A DNA stretch of 63,467 nucleotides, counting the filler, from Octopus bimaculoides (lineage: Eukaryota): NCBI RefSeq assembly GCF_001194135.2. It is 5 parts of 5 records of this genome, joined end to end, with 100 filler letters (N's around TTAATTAATTAA, not from the genome) between each part and the next. Parts side by side here need not be neighbours in the genome. Positions count along the whole stretch, not along the records: positions 1 to 23,583 come from NC_069000.1; positions 23,684 to 51,323 come from NC_068992.1; 3 more parts are not named here. The stretch is one strand, 5' to 3'. The notes under the pieces are model-generated. The model did not search any database. It worked only from the letters and a program-made list of their open reading frames with translations, and had not been told where the DNA came from. Position 1 is the stretch's first letter. Each line of letters opens with the position of its first letter. Shown here piece by piece: positions 12,791 to 26,634 of the stretch. Made by a program: the position numbers and the translations under genes.

Positions 12791-14129
12791 TATACATAAA
12801 TACGAACAAACACAGATGTATGTACGTACACACATACACATATATGTATTATTAGTGAGGGAGTTCGTTGATATCATTGTCCCTTGTACTTGTCTGCTAC
12901 TTTAATATCGTTGGTCCCGGAGGAATCAAAGGTAAAGTTGATCACGGTACGATTTAAACTAAATAAATAAAGAGCTGGATCAAATAGAAGAAATCGTATT
13001 TCTCGACGCTCTAACTATTCGTCTCACTCGATTATATATATATATATACNNNNNNNNNNNNNNNNNNNNNNNNNNNNNNNNNNNNNNNNNNNNNNNNNNN
13101 NNNNNNNNNNNNNNNNNNNNNNNNNNNNNNNNNNNNNNNNNNNNNNNNNNNNNNNNNNNNNNNNNNNNNNNNNNNNNNNNNNNNNNNNNNNNNNNNNNNN
13201 NNNNNNNNNNNNNNNNNNNNNNNNNNNNNNNNNNNNNNNNNNNNNNNNNNNNNNNNNNNNNNNNNNNNNNNNNNNNNNNNNNNNNNNNNNNNNNNNNNNN
13301 NNNNNNNNNNNNNNNNNNNNNNNNNNNNNNNNNNNNNNNNNNNNNNNNNNNNNNNNNNNNNNNNNNNNNNNNNNNNNNNNNNNNNNNNNNNNNNNNNNNN
13401 NNNNNNNNNNNNNNNNNNNNNNNNNNNNNNNNNNNNNNNNNNNNNNNNNNNNNNNNNNNNNNNNNNNNNNNNNNNNNNNNNNNNNNNNNNNNNNNNNNNN
13501 NNNNNNNNNNNNNNNNNNNNNNNNNNNNNNNNNNNNNNNNNNNNNNNNNNNNNNNNNNNNNNNNNNNNNNNNNNNNNNNNNNNNNNNNNNNNNNNNNNNN
13601 NNNNNNNNNNNNNNNNNNNNNNNNNNNNNNNNNNNNNNNNNNNNNNNNNNNNNNNNNNNNNNNNNNNNNNNNNNNNNNNNNNNNNNNNNNNNNNNNNNNN
13701 NNNNNNNNNNNNNNNNNNNNNNNNNNNNNNNNNNNTATATATATATATATATTATATGTAGGCATTCATGTATGTATATGTACTAGACACTTTATAAATA
13801 CACAGATATAGAAACACACATACACACACGTCCTAAATGCTGTCTAGCTGACTCCTTCAGTGCCAATTGTAATATACGTGTCATTTGAATTCCCCTTTAA
13901 GAAACTCAATGTTCCTCTATGAAATATGGCTTCTCAGCGCTCAGCGAAAGATTAAGGAGGTGTGTTGATGATGTTGATGATGTTGATGATGTTGATGATG
14001 CCGTGTGTACGTATGTATGTATGAGAGAGAAAGAGCACGTACATGAATCTTAATATATATTTATATACATTTATAGATGTATAAATATAAATGTTTATTA
14101 ATGTGATTGCAAATGAATATATAGATCTC

Positions 14130-14166
<37 letters not shown>

Positions 14167-14416
14167 CGTGCGCGCGTTGCAGTGATTTTGTATTTTTCGT
14201 ATTAACAGTGTGTTGTGTTATACTCACATATACCTGTGGACGTGTAGATGTAATGGGTTTATATAACATGCGCATGTGTGTGATGTGCATATAAAATTAC
14301 ATTTGTATTCTCTGTGTGTGTGTGTATATGCATGCGTATATAGGTATACATATATATACGCATACATACACACATATGTATATGTATGTTTGTATACATA
14401 TATATACATATATATG

Positions 14417-14465
<49 letters not shown>

Positions 14466-14803
14466 NNNNNNNNNNNNNNNNNNNNNNNNNNNNNNNNNNN
14501 NNNNNNNNNNNNNNNNNNNNNNNNNNNNNNNNNNNNNNNNNNNNNNNNNNNNNNNNNNNNNNNNNNNNNNNNNNNNNNNNNNNNNNNNNNNNNNNNNNNN
14601 NNNNNNNNNNNNNNNNNNNNNNNNNNNNNNNNNNNNNNNNNNNNNNNNNNNNNNNNNNNNNNNNNNNNNNNNNNNNNNNNNNNNNNNNNNNNNNNNNNNN
14701 NNNNNNNNNNNNNNNNNNNNNNNNNNNNNNTATATATACATAAACATATACATATATACACAAACATATATATAAATACGTATATATATATACATATACA
14801 TGC

Positions 14804-14874
<71 letters not shown>

Positions 14875-15178
14875 TTTATGTATGTATGTATGGAAGTATA
14901 ATCTGGAAATGTAAACGAAATCGCCTAGAATCCCGTACTTAAGCCGGAGAAAGCTGAAGGCAAATACTCCGGTGTCAAATGACAACACTCACACCTCACA
15001 CTTACACACACTTATATACAATATACACAATATACACACATTCGTATATGTATGTTCATATAAATGTGAGTATATATATATGTATTTATGTATGAATGTA
15101 TCTGTGAATATACGTTTGTACATACAGATGGATTGTATGTGTGTGTGTATGTATGTCTTATGCATGTATGTATGTATG

Positions 15179-15212
<34 letters not shown>

Positions 15213-16030
15213 TATATGCATATATATATGTAGGTATGTATGTATGTATGTATGTATGTATGTATTATGTACGCTTAGAATATTCATTTCTAGAGCCATG
15301 AAATACTTTTGGATGTAAATCTCCTTAAAATTTTTTCGATTTCTTTTTTCTTATAATCCACACGTACTGTCGACTGGCTGCTCTCTTGTCTCGCCGTCTG
15401 CTTCAATCCTGGCTGCTATAACGAAGATCAGAATATTATTTTCATGGTCATCACAACAATCTCAAGTTAGTTATATCTCTCGAGATCTAGATTCCACAAC
15501 AATTTAACTGGAAAGATAAAAGATGTTCAACATGTCTTGTGGTTAATGAATGCCGTATGTGTCACATCACTCACCTTATAAATATTGCGAGACCAACGAA
15601 GGGTCTTTCTGAAATTGTTCGATCAATTTAGAATAACTGTTATATCTCCCTGAAATCGTAAAAATGGAAGGGCGCGTTAGATAACGCCGTCTTTCATGTA
15701 CAGAAGGAAATAACTTCAATATTTAACTCAACTAACGCTCTGTTTCTTTTCAAAGTAAGAAAGGACATTGTATAACATAGTCCCTTATACGCATAAAGTT
15801 GAAGTGGTTATAACTAGGATGCCGGTTATTTGAATTGACTAAGTACAGAAGAACATCAAACACTCTTTTGGGAAAACTTGCTCGTTCCTGCTTATAACAA
15901 ACGGTAGCGGTAACACCGTAATTTTGATGAATATTGCATTGTAAGTACTGCGGCAATGTGTGTATATCCTTGTGTGAATGATAGTAAATATAGATGTGAT
16001 TAACTTCGCTACTCTATTGAGCTAAGTTAC

Positions 16031-16559
16031 CACCGTCCTTACGCTGCTTCATATTGATGTACAGGCACCATTTTTTGTCACCAGTAACTATTCAGTAAAG
16101 AAGTCGTTGCTTGTGTCCATGAGTTGAGCGGTGACGAGCAAGCAAACCAGCGGAGATTGTGGCTCGTTGATTCTTGTTGTTGTCACTTAAAGCATGCGGA
16201 ACCCATGCTCCATACTTCTGAACCTTTCTCATCGAGTGAAGATACTTCTCTATAGCAGAGTGGAAGCATTCCATTTTCTCTGCCAGTTCCCTTGTCGTTT
16301 GACGAGAATTTTCGTGCAAAAGTTGGTTTAATCGCTCTTCATCGAACTCAACTTGACGCTCAGAACGAGGTGCTTCTTTGAGGTCAAAATTTCAATTTTT
16401 GAACTTGGCATACCAATCACAAGCGGTTCTCTCAGCTATAGCACCCTCTCCACACACAGCAGAAATGTCGCGAGCAGCTTTTGCGGCCTTAGAACCTTGA
16501 TTAAAAGCAAAAAGAAGGAGGTGTTGAAAATGCTCATTTTTCTTAACTTGACATTCCAT
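16031..16559 (-). mobile_element. Mariner transposase pseudogene, N-terminal half
   Basis: Translates as MECQVKKNEHFQHLLLFAFNQGSKAAKAARDI...APRS...ENSRQTTRELA...GAWVPHALS...LLY*IVTGDKKW. These match the mariner WVPHEL and RIVTGDEKW motifs. Two in-frame stops; 3' half missing. Confidence 0.92.
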
Positions 16560-17329
16560 TTTAATAATCTGAAAATAAACAAAAATTAACTAAAATTAAC
16601 TCGAAAGAAAAAAAAGAAAAAAAAAAGATTCCAAAATGATTCAAAAGTAGAATTCTCGACAAAAATAGATTCCAAAATTTAAAAACGCAATAAATTCCAA
16701 AATGTAAAGAAACGGCGGGAACTTAGTTGCCAACCCAATAGATATATACACATTTATAAACGTGATAATGATGATTTGCGTGCTCGCGAGTATGCGATGA
16801 TATGAAGTAACCAGCAAAGTACAAGAAAGCATGTAATTTCTACACAGATTCTATCCACAACAATTCATAGGTAATTGTAAAAGACAATCTCCCAGAAATT
16901 ACTTTCTTAACCACACAATCATACTTGCCTTCTCACATATCCATACATACACCCACACTTCCATACCCGACCCGGCTCTCCGTATCAATCACTAGACATA
17001 TTCAATGTAATACCTATCTATTCTTCAGTCACACCATTCAGTTTACTCTATGTATCAGCCTTCCTTAAAACTGCCAGCTTTTGTTAAACCAACCCACAAA
17101 TCTTACCTTCCTAATCTCTTTATTCATGTCAACTTCACCTAAATCCATTCATCATTATATTTACTTTCCTTTATCAAAATATATTCCGTTTTTCTCTCCC
17201 TCACTATCTCTATCTCCCGAACTTTCTGTGTCCCTTTCTCACTCGCTGTGTACCTCTATTTCTGAGTATCTACCATTCTGTCTATCTGTCTGTTTGTCTG
17301 TCTGTCGGTCTATTTATCTATCTATTTAT

Positions 17330-17390
17330 CTACCTACCTACCTACCTACCTACCTACCTACCTACCTACCTACCTCCCTACCTACCTGAC
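17330..17390. repeat. (TACC)n microsatellite
   Basis: Direct reading of the sequence. Confidence 0.9.
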
Positions 17391-18194
17391 CGTTTGTCTG
17401 TCTCACTGTCTTTAGTTCATGCAAGCGGATATTCACGCGGACAAATGAAGAACGCAAGCATTTTGCCCTCGTTTGCACTCTCTCTCTCCCCCACTCTCTC
17501 ACTCGCTTTCTTTCAGTGAATCATCTCTATCTATCTTACCACCCATCTCGTTCTATAACACAGATACAATCGCGCGCCCGCTTGTATACTCATACTCACT
17601 CCCACTTTATTGTGTTTGTACATGTATGTTTCTGTGTGAATCAGATGAAATCCATTCTTATTGAAAACCTCATCAGGAGCACATGATCAGTGTTCTAAGA
17701 AATTACACGGATGATTTTCACCTGTAAAATGAATATTCAAATAAATATGTATAAACTCTACATTTTATGCGAATGTACATTCGCAAGTGCCGCGTGGGGA
17801 TCCAAAGTGTGTGCAATGTAGAATTGGTTGTAAAGTGAGCCGCGAGGGGGTAGGGCTTTCTTCTCTGGGGTACTGTTGTCTGAATTCTCATTTCTGTGAG
17901 GTGGAAGGGAAGAAACTGTTTTAATTACAGCTTCCTTTATTTGCATATCCCTAGTTGTTATCATTGACTAATTCAGTGTATGGAAGACATTATCAGGAAG
18001 TCTATGTGTCCAGTATGGTTCAATAATTAAAATCAATCCAAAGCAGTGGTTCTAAAGTTGGTCGTTGTGAGATTAAAAAGGTGGGGCGGGAAAGCAAATG
18101 CAAAGTGGGTGTTTTGAGGGGCAGCGAGAGATTCAAGAGGTTGCGATTCTTCTAAGAAATATATTATTTAAACCAGTTCCAATGTCCGTATTTT

Positions 18195-18385
18195 ATCTTT
18201 TATCTTTTACTTATGTCAATCATTAAACTGGGGCCATGCTGGGACACCACCTTCAAGTGTTTAATTTAACAAATTAAATTCCAGTAGTTATGTTTAGAGT
18301 CTGATACTTATTCTATCAGTACTTTTTGCCGAACACCTAAGTCATAGGAACGTAAATAAACCAACATTAATTGACTGGCGGTGGA
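18195..18385 (-). mobile_element. SINE family A, old 3' half
   Basis: ggccatgctggg.caccacctt...acttattctatc...ttttgccgaac. Confidence 0.7.
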
Positions 18386-18464
18386 ACGTGGAAACAAAGA
18401 TGTACAAATTTATGCACACACTACACACACATACACGCATGAACTATTGGAATATCATTCCGGA

Positions 18465-18712
18465 TTTCCAGGTACAATGTAATGTTTTCCCAAAAACCTA
18501 GAAGTCAAGTGGGAGATTGGAGCAGCACTTGAATATTGATAATAAATAAGCGGGAAATGGATCCAATGCTGAAATACGACATTGCTGCAATATATGCGAT
18601 CAGCTCTTCAAACGCCTTTCAGAACTCAAAAGTAATTTAAGATCTCACAGAGGGAAAGAGCAATTATAAGTACAAGATGAGGTCAAGCTCTGCAAGGAAC
18701 AGACATCATGTC
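18465..18712 (+). mobile_element. Decayed LINE 3' end with two C2H2-like fingers
   Basis: QVQCNVFPKT*KSSGRLEQHLNI...[22 protein letters not shown], then a gaggtcaagctctgcaagga tail like that at 62140-62190. Confidence 0.65.
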
Positions 18713-18800
18713 ATATATATATATATATATACACACGTACATATATATGTGTGTGTGTGTGAGTAAAGAGAGAGAGTGATAATAAAACGAATGGTTTTTA

Positions 18801-18883
<83 letters not shown>

Positions 18884-18902
18884 AATGTATGTATGTATGT
18901 AT

Positions 18903-19105
18903 TCATGTGGAAGATTGAAGAAGCATTTGAACATTGATAATAGATAAACGGACAATGGATCCAATGAAATCGTATCATATATTGTTGCAATATATGTTTT
19001 CAACTCTTCAAACGACTTTCAGAACTCAAAAGTCATTTAAGATCTCACATAGGGAAATAGCAACTATAGGTACAGGAAGAGATCAAATTCTTCAAGGAGT
19101 AGAAA
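18903..19105 (+). mobile_element. Second tandem copy of the zinc-finger LINE 3' end
   Basis: High similarity to 18500-18710. Intact finger [21 protein letters not shown] followed by a stop. Confidence 0.7.
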
Positions 19106-19154
19106 TACATACATACATACATACACACGCATACATATATACATACATAAATAC

Positions 19155-19312
19155 ATTCGACGGACTTCCACACAGTTTATATCTAACCAAGGCGAACCCG
19201 GGGCTATAGTAAAAGATGTTTGACCAAGGCGCCGCGTAGTACGACTGGACTCGAAACAACATAGTTGATGTAGTTGTAAAGCAGGTATTTTAACCACACA
19301 GCCATGCCTGCG
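19155..19312 (-). mobile_element. SINE family A, 5' half
   Basis: gacggacttcc...gggctatagtaaaagatgtttgaccaaggcgccgcgtagt...aaccacacagccatgcctgcgc. Confidence 0.7.
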
Positions 19313-19370
19313 CATATACAATCCAACTTTTAAAGGATTTCTTTTTGGTATTTGAATACGAGATGGACAG

Positions 19371-19755
19371 TGGAGGCGCAATGGCCAAGTGGTTAGGGCA
19401 GCGGACTCGCGGTCATAGGATTGTGGTTTCGATTCCCAGACCGGGCGTTGTGAGCGTTTATTGAGCGAAAACACGAGGCTCCGGCAGGGGATGGTAGCGA
19501 ACCCTGCTGTACTCTTTCACCACAACTTTCTCTCGCTCTTACTTCCTGTTTCTGTTGTGCCTGTAATTCAAAGGATCGGCCTTGTCACACTGTGTCACGC
19601 TGAATATCCCGTGAACTACGTTAAGGGTACACGTGTCTGTGGAGTGCTCAGCCACTTGCACGTTAATTTCACGAGCAGGCTGTTCCGTTGATCGGATCAA
19701 CTGGAACCCCCGACGTCGTAAGCGACGGAGTTCCAGCAACAACAAAACAACAACG
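19371..19755 (+). mobile_element. SINE family C, full length
   Basis: tRNA-like head (A box tggccaagtgg, B box gtttcgattcc), ~300-bp body, and an (AAC)n tail. Confidence 0.85.
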
Positions 19756-19942
19756 AGACGGACATTATGTTATCAGTGAGAAGAAATATGCCTCATGATA
19801 TGCCAAGATCTTATATAATTTAATTATGTAAGTCCTCGCCTTCTTTAATAATTTTCATAAAAATTTAAGATAAAGGGCATGGGTGATATCTAAAAAGACG
19901 CACAGGATGGATACGTTAATATGAGGGAATAGAAACGGTTAC

Positions 19943-20232
19943 AAGGACGAGGGTTCCAGTTGATTCGATCAACGGAAATTAACATGCAAGCGGCTAAGCA
20001 CTCCACAGACACGTGTACCCTTAATGTATTTCCTGGGGAGATTCAGTGTGACACAAAACGTGATAAAGCTGGGTCTTCGAATTATAGGTAGTACTCAATT
20101 TCGCCAGGTGAGTGAACTGGAGCAACTTGAAATAAAGTGGTTTCTCAAGGACACAACACGCTGCCAAGAATCGAACTCATGACCCTAAGAGTGTTAGTCG
20201 AATATCTTAAACACTAAGCTATGCGCATTCAC
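19943..20232 (-). mobile_element. SINE family C-related copy
   Basis: Shares gcactccacagacacgtgtacccttaa and gttccagttgat.cgatcaacgga (inverted) with 19371-19755. Head at 20232. Confidence 0.75.
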
Positions 20233-20641
20233 GAGGGGTTGTGGATACTATACTAATAAATAAAATTAGCTTCTATAGGTTTAAAATATTCTGGTGTTTT
20301 GTGGGGACAGGGTTGCCGTGAAAAACATCGAGACGGGTTTTTATAAACGAACATTCAGTAAAAAGAGATAACAAAGGGCTGAGAACCACCAGACTAAAGC
20401 AATTCAAAAGCCCCAGGAGGCGTTAGTCAAACAGTTGTAAGAAAATTGTGTGTCCACAAAACGTACATGCGTAAAATATGCACATTAACTTGCTACTGAA
20501 AATATAGTTAAACTTTGTAATTTATCCGCTAATATGCGAATTCGGTTTACTGCGAATTCCAGTAATCCGCAAAAGAATAACAATCGCTAAGTCTGGATGA
20601 TATACATACATATTTACACACACACACACACACACACACAC

Positions 20642-20672
<31 letters not shown>

Positions 20673-21027
20673 NNNNNNNNNNNNNNNNNNNNNNNNNNNN
20701 NNNNNNNNNNNNNNNNNNNNNNNNNNNNNNNNNNNNNNNNNNNNNNNNNNNNNNNNNNNNNNNNNNNNNNNNNNNNNNNNNNNNNNNNNNNNNNNNNNNN
20801 NNNNNNNNNNNNNNNNNNNNNNNNNNNNNNNNNNNNNNNNNNNNNNNNNNNNNNNNNNNNNNNNNNNNNNNNNNNNNNNNNNNNNNNNNNNNNNNNNNNN
20901 NNNNNNNNNNNNNNNNNNNNNNNNNNNNNNNNNNNNNNNNNNNNNNNNNNNNNNNNNNNNNNNNNNNNNNNNNNNNNNNNNNNNNNNNNNNNNNNNNNNN
21001 NNNNNNNNNNNNNNNNNNNNNNNNNNN

Positions 21028-21059
<32 letters not shown>

Positions 21060-21119
21060 GTGTATGTGTGTATATATATATTGGAGCACTATATATATAT
21101 ATGTATATGTATGGAGCAC

Positions 21120-21171
<52 letters not shown>

Positions 21172-21619
21172 TGTGTGTGTGTGTGTGTACATACGTACAC
21201 AAACACACACACGTATAAGCAAACATTTCCGCTAAGCAGTTGATCCGGCGTGCTAACGATTCTCGCTGCCTCCAGGCTAATAAAAATAACTTCTTGCACC
21301 GGCACAAGGTCATGAATTTCTAAGCACAATGCAATCATCGGTGAAAGCAAATTTAAACTCTGTCCAGTATTTATTGTGTCAGCCTCCTGAAGGCATCAAA
21401 GAGAGAATTGACCTGAGCGGCCTTTCAACACACAACATAAAACAACAACATCTAAATGAACACCGCAAGGCATTTCTGTTTGTCGTTCTTACCAATACAT
21501 CACACAAATAACAATAACAGCAGCAATAACAATAATTTCTTTTATGCTGATAACGATTTCTTCCTTAATTCCTTTCATGATGATGATGATTTCTTTTATT
21601 GGCCATATATATATATATA

Positions 21620-22310
21620 GGTTTTAATTCTATCAAGAGGAGACACTACAATAGTAAGGATATGGCAAAAAGATATAAAAAATAGAAATTAACAATAAAT
21701 ATTTAATTAATAGAATCTTCAATAGCGGGGTAATCCACTTTGGGTAATTCAGAGTAAACCCTATACAAAATGTTCCGGATTATTCTGCTATCCCCAAGAT
21801 ATGGGAAGTACCGTCTTCCAGTTTCTTAGCTCCTACTTAGAAAAGCAAACCCACAGTATATACATTCGGCCTCATTAGTTTTGCCATTTTCGCTCACCTT
21901 TTGATAAGCACACTTAAAGGTAGCACCTACCTCTCTAACCTCACCTTCCTCTTCAAATGATATTTGAAGAAATTGATGAGATCTTGGCCAGATAGGAACA
22001 TACATGTCTTCAAACCTTTCAGACGGGTCCAGCACACAGCTTCTTGTGTCATAGCCACGAAGCAGAGAAAGATCTCTCCTCTCTCTCAAACGAAAGTGGG
22101 GCGTCAATTTTTACTATACACTTGACGGACAGCTGGATTTGTCTGACAAGAGATAGGCCCGCTAGTCGCTAATGCCCGGACACTGAACGATTGCATGCAG
22201 GACAGTTTCGCCTCTCTGCATCCATCGCGGGCAGTTGCAGTTGTAGGCGCTTCCATTCCTGAAAAGCTTGTCTTGAAGAAACATTCTAGATGCCAAACGC
22301 CCAAACCACA
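21620..22310 (-). mobile_element. Tx1/L1-clade LINE 3' fragment
   Basis: Frameshifted translation CPRW..RGETVLHAIVQCP (L1/Tx1 C-terminal CCHC-type finger), then IFLCFVAMTQEAVCWTRLKGL...FLSGQDLINFFKYHLKRKVRLER*. The 3' UTR ends at a (TA)n run. Confidence 0.75.
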
Positions 22311-22347
22311 GCAATAATATCTTCATTAACCACTAAAATTAGTAATG

Positions 22348-22349
<2 letters not shown>

Positions 22350-22430
<81 letters not shown>
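22350..22430. repeat. (TAT)n microsatellite
   Basis: About 27 perfect units directly 5' of a SINE head. Confidence 0.95.
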
Positions 22431-22431
<1 letters not shown>

Positions 22432-22860
22432 GGCGGTGAACTGGCGGTATCGTTAGCACGCTGGACGAAATGCTTGCGGTATTTCACCCGTCGCTACGTT
22501 CTGAGTTCAAATTACACCGAGGTCGACTTTGCCTTTCACCATGTCGGGGTCGATAAGTACCAGCTGAACACTGGGTTTGATGTGATCGACTCGTCTCCTC
22601 CAATAAAATGGTTGCCCTTGCGGCAAAATTTGAAACTACTACTACTACTACTACTACTACTATTGCTGGTAGAATCATTAGCACGCTGAGCAAAATGCGT
22701 AGTGGTATTTCGCTTGTCGTTCCGTTCTGAGTTCAAATTCCGCCGTGGTCGATTTCGCCTTTCATCCTTTCGCGGCCGATAATATAAGTGCCACTGGGGT
22801 CGATATAATCCACTAGTCCTCTCACCCAAAATTCCTGCTCTTGTGGCAAAATTTGAAACC
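22430..22860 (+). mobile_element. Tandem pair of family B SINEs separated by (TAC)n
   Basis: Two units, each gaat/gtatcgttagcacgc..gcaaaatgc...ctgagttcaaatt...gtcga.tttgcctttca. Confidence 0.88.
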
Positions 22861-23459
22861 ATTATCATTATTATTATTATTATTATAAATGCTTTCTTAT
22901 TATTCGAATGTTTCAATAATAATAACAACGGCCACAGCTGTGAACATGATGTTGATAATGGTGATGATTTTGATGATGAATTTAAGAAAGCAACAATAAT
23001 TACTGATGGGGAGACTAAATTCTGCGTATAATGCGTGAGAAATAAGCGCTTATATTAGCCACACATTTGGTGTTTCCCATGTTGTTGCTGCTGCTACTTC
23101 TGCTGCTGATACTGCTGCTGCTGCTGCTGCTGTTGTTATTTGTTTGTCTTTAGATCCTTACTATTCGGTAATTCCCTCTTTGATCGGACGGCTGATACGT
23201 TTTTACATTTTCTTTGTTGTTTTATGTTGAACTCTTGTGGTTCTCTGACAATCATATATATATATATATATATCGCCATTCAGTCAGCGAGTGAGTTAAG
23301 TCAGTCGACGAAGCAAGTTAAGTAAGCTGATCTCTTGTATTGTTGTAGTGGTAATTAGACCTATGGCAGGTGTAAAAGAAACACGTTTAGTTGTGTGTGA
23401 GTAGCCGGAGAAGTGTATGTGTGTGTGCGCGTATTTAAGTATGTATGTATATATGTATG

Positions 23460-23493
<34 letters not shown>

Positions 23494-23583
23494 TGTATGT
23501 ATGTATGTATATAAATATATATATACATATGAGTGTGGGGGGGTGTAATATATATGTAATATTTTTATATATAATATATATCT

Positions 23584-23683
23584 NNNNNNNNNNNNNNNNN
23601 NNNNNNNNNNNNNNNNNNNNNNNNNNNTTAATTAATTAANNNNNNNNNNNNNNNNNNNNNNNNNNNNNNNNNNNNNNNNNNNN
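23584..23683. other. Artificial scaffolding linker N44-TTAATTAATTAA-N44
   Basis: Exactly 100 bp. The central 12-mer gives stops in all six frames. Identical at four sites. Confidence 0.95.
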
Positions 23684-23694
23684 CACCACCACCA

Positions 23695-23730
23695 CCACCA
23701 ATACCGCTAAGCATTTGGCCCGCCGCCTTG

Positions 23731-23768
<38 letters not shown>

Positions 23769-23898
23769 CCTTTCTACTGTAGCTATAAGGCCTGAAATTT
23801 GGGGGCAAGGGATTAAGTCGATTACATCGACCTCAGTGTGTAACTGGTACTTATTTAATCGACTCGAAAGGATGGAAGGGGAAGTCGAACTCGGCGCC

Positions 23899-23900
<2 letters not shown>
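23695..23900 (-). mobile_element. Family B SINE fragments with (AAT)n spacers
   Basis: ataccgctaagcatt..cgccgcctt head and gcctgaaatttgggg...aagtcgattacatcgacc tail. Confidence 0.8.
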
Positions 23901-23949
<49 letters not shown>

Positions 23950-24907
23950 CCTGAAATAGAACCAATGAGTGTGTTTATAATTGGCGCGAAGATCCTCTTG
24001 AGATACAACAAAATATGTTTTAATACACGAATTTACATGAAAAATCTTGCAATCAAAATACTAAAACGTGATATTTGAGTAATATTTTATTAAATGACTT
24101 TAGAGTTAATTCTATAAACAGAGCGAAATTTCAGAGCAAGCATTCAAACATATGGAATAGAATCACAGATACAGCTAATACTAAACCTTTAACATGTTCT
24201 TTGAATTGGCGATTTCTTTGAATGTCAAACGAAGTGAAGGAAAAAAAAACACAGAATCTACGTAACATAGAGGTTTTATCATTAATCCTTCCAATTATTG
24301 CAGATCTTTGTAATTAACCGACTTCAAAGACTTTTCACAAAGTTAATGATTTCCACACTCATCATATTCACTGCTGACTGTACACCATAATTACAGTGTA
24401 TTTTAAATCGAACAGTAAATTAGAGGATATTTCTCCAATGGAGAATGATATATTTGAAAATATAGGTTGTCAAAAATATTATGATACGCTTCTCAATCTC
24501 AACAGATTTCTGTTGATTTGCAAGGAGAAGGTTAAATAAAATATGCATATATAATTCAGTAATGATATATGGTATTAAGCGAACTGAGGCGTTATACAGT
24601 TCATGAAGTGCTTTTATGGGCAATCACCTTGTTGAGAGCATTCTAGCCTGATCTCCGGTCAGAGGTTAATATCTTCTCTCATCAGTCACCAAAGGCTCTA
24701 AACTGAAAAGAGTTATAATTAATGGTGGCTTCCCTTCCTCTTCCGGTGAAGCAAATGAAAATCATTACAATCCCCATTGTTAATGTATTGATCAGCAAAA
24801 ACTTTGTTTAGCATCTATGTGTAAAATGGGTGCTGTATTGATGTTGAGATTATCGGAGTAAGCTGAGGAGTAATGTATGATTGAAAGAAATGATTTACCC
24901 GCTATAT

Positions 24908-24909
<2 letters not shown>

Positions 24910-24995
<86 letters not shown>
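24910..24995. repeat. (GA)n microsatellite
   Basis: Direct reading of the sequence. Confidence 0.95.
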
Positions 24996-24997
<2 letters not shown>

Positions 24998-25547
24998 GGC
25001 TCTCTATCCTAGTGTCTCCAAACGTAAACGAAGTATTCGTGATCTGCCACCACCGACATGACAGTTAATGACACTAAATGTATTATGCGTACAGAAGAGT
25101 CGATGACGCTTGTACAATTTTAGACAAAAGCATTGTAGACAGAAACTATTTTTGATTTTTCAGACTCACACAATTTCATAAGTAACATCATTTTTCAAAA
25201 ATGAACCAATGAATCTGTGCTTTATGATTAGCCAAGCAATATAATTAAAGAGATACTTCCATGACTGCGATAACCTACCAAACAAAGAACCATTTTTATC
25301 AGAGATGTTTGCGCTTGTCCACCAAGTATATCAAAATGATAATTACATGATTTCCATTATAAACCAAATGCGTACTACGGGGTTCTGTAATTGCTATAAC
25401 CTATCAAAGAGGAACGTAAAAGGCACAGTACAGTTCGATGACTGCTATCGATTACCAAATAACAATCACATTATGATGATTCCAATATTGATATTTCTTA
25501 CCCAAGAATAACCACCAAGTTATTATTCCAACGTTAATATCAATTCC

Positions 25548-25757
25548 AAACTTTGGCACAAGGCCAGAAATTTCGAAGAAGCGGGTAAGTCGATAATATC
25601 AATCCCAGTACTCAACTGTTTGTTTTTTGTTATCGACCCTGAAAGGAGGAAAGCAAAGTCAAGCTCGGCAGAATTTGAACTCAGAACGTAAAGACGGACG
25701 AAATACCGCTAAGCATTTTGCACGGAGTAATAACGACTCCACTAGCTCGTTGCCTTT
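25548..25757 (-). mobile_element. Family B SINE
   Basis: ggcacaaggccagaaattt...gaatttgaactcagaacgtaaagacggacgaaataccgctaagcattt. Confidence 0.88.
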
Positions 25758-25889
25758 GTTCCAACATTATTATCAAATAGTAACTACAATGCCATAGTTC
25801 TAAGACTAATATTTTACTAACGAACAACCCCACTAAATGAGAATTAAGTGGTTGTTGTCATACACTAAACAAGAACTACAGCATGATGG

Positions 25890-26634
25890 TTTGAAGATTC
25901 TAATCATTTTCCAGCGAGGAACCACTAACTGAGAATTCCAAGATTATCATCTACCAAACAAAAATTTTACCATAAGAGTTTTATGGCAGTTATCATTTAA
26001 AAAAGATCTATTGAGAACTTTGAAGCTGTTATCATCTACCAAATAGGATCTATAGTAGCAATTTTCTGAGATTGTAATCATTTACCAAAAAAAAAAAAAA
26101 AAAAAAAAAAANNNNNNNNNNAAAAAAAAAAAAAAAAAAAGAAAAGAACCATTCAGTGATAATTCTTCCAACATACAGGAATTATATTATGAGATTTCTA
26201 AGATTATCATTCATGAAAGAAGCATCAAGAAGTGAATATTCCAAAGATGTCATCCACCAAACAGAAACTCGTATACGAGGGAGTGCTGAAAAGTTCCTGG
26301 CTTTAAGGGTGTCGCAGAAGACCTGGTTGGAAGCCCAACCTTCCTAGTTCTTTTACAGAGCTTAGGAAAAGTGAAGGATCGCTGCAATAAATGTGTGAAT
26401 CTGAGAGGGAAATATGTTGGATAAAATCATAATTAACTGACCCAAAACCAGGAACTTTTCAATACCCCCTCGTATTATGGGAATTTCAACATTCTAAACC
26501 TTTAACAATAACGGAGCACTCAGAGAATAGTCCCACTTTAGTGGGACTACAATACGAAAGCTTTTAGTTTCCTATCATTTAACCAGGAATAATTTCTAAA
26601 TGAGAACTTTAAAATTGTTATCATTTACCAAACA

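Noticed and set aside
19371-19445. tRNA-like sequences at 19371, 53004, 11200-11273 and 7188
   Set aside because: They have A/B boxes but no complete cloverleaf, and they continue into multi-copy SINE bodies. These are SINE heads, not tRNA genes.
18044-20392. hAT-like TIR half-sites (cagtggttct at 18044, gagaaccac at about 20382) as one large element
   Set aside because: The matches are short, there is no 8-bp TSD, and there is no transposase between them. More likely two unrelated fragments.
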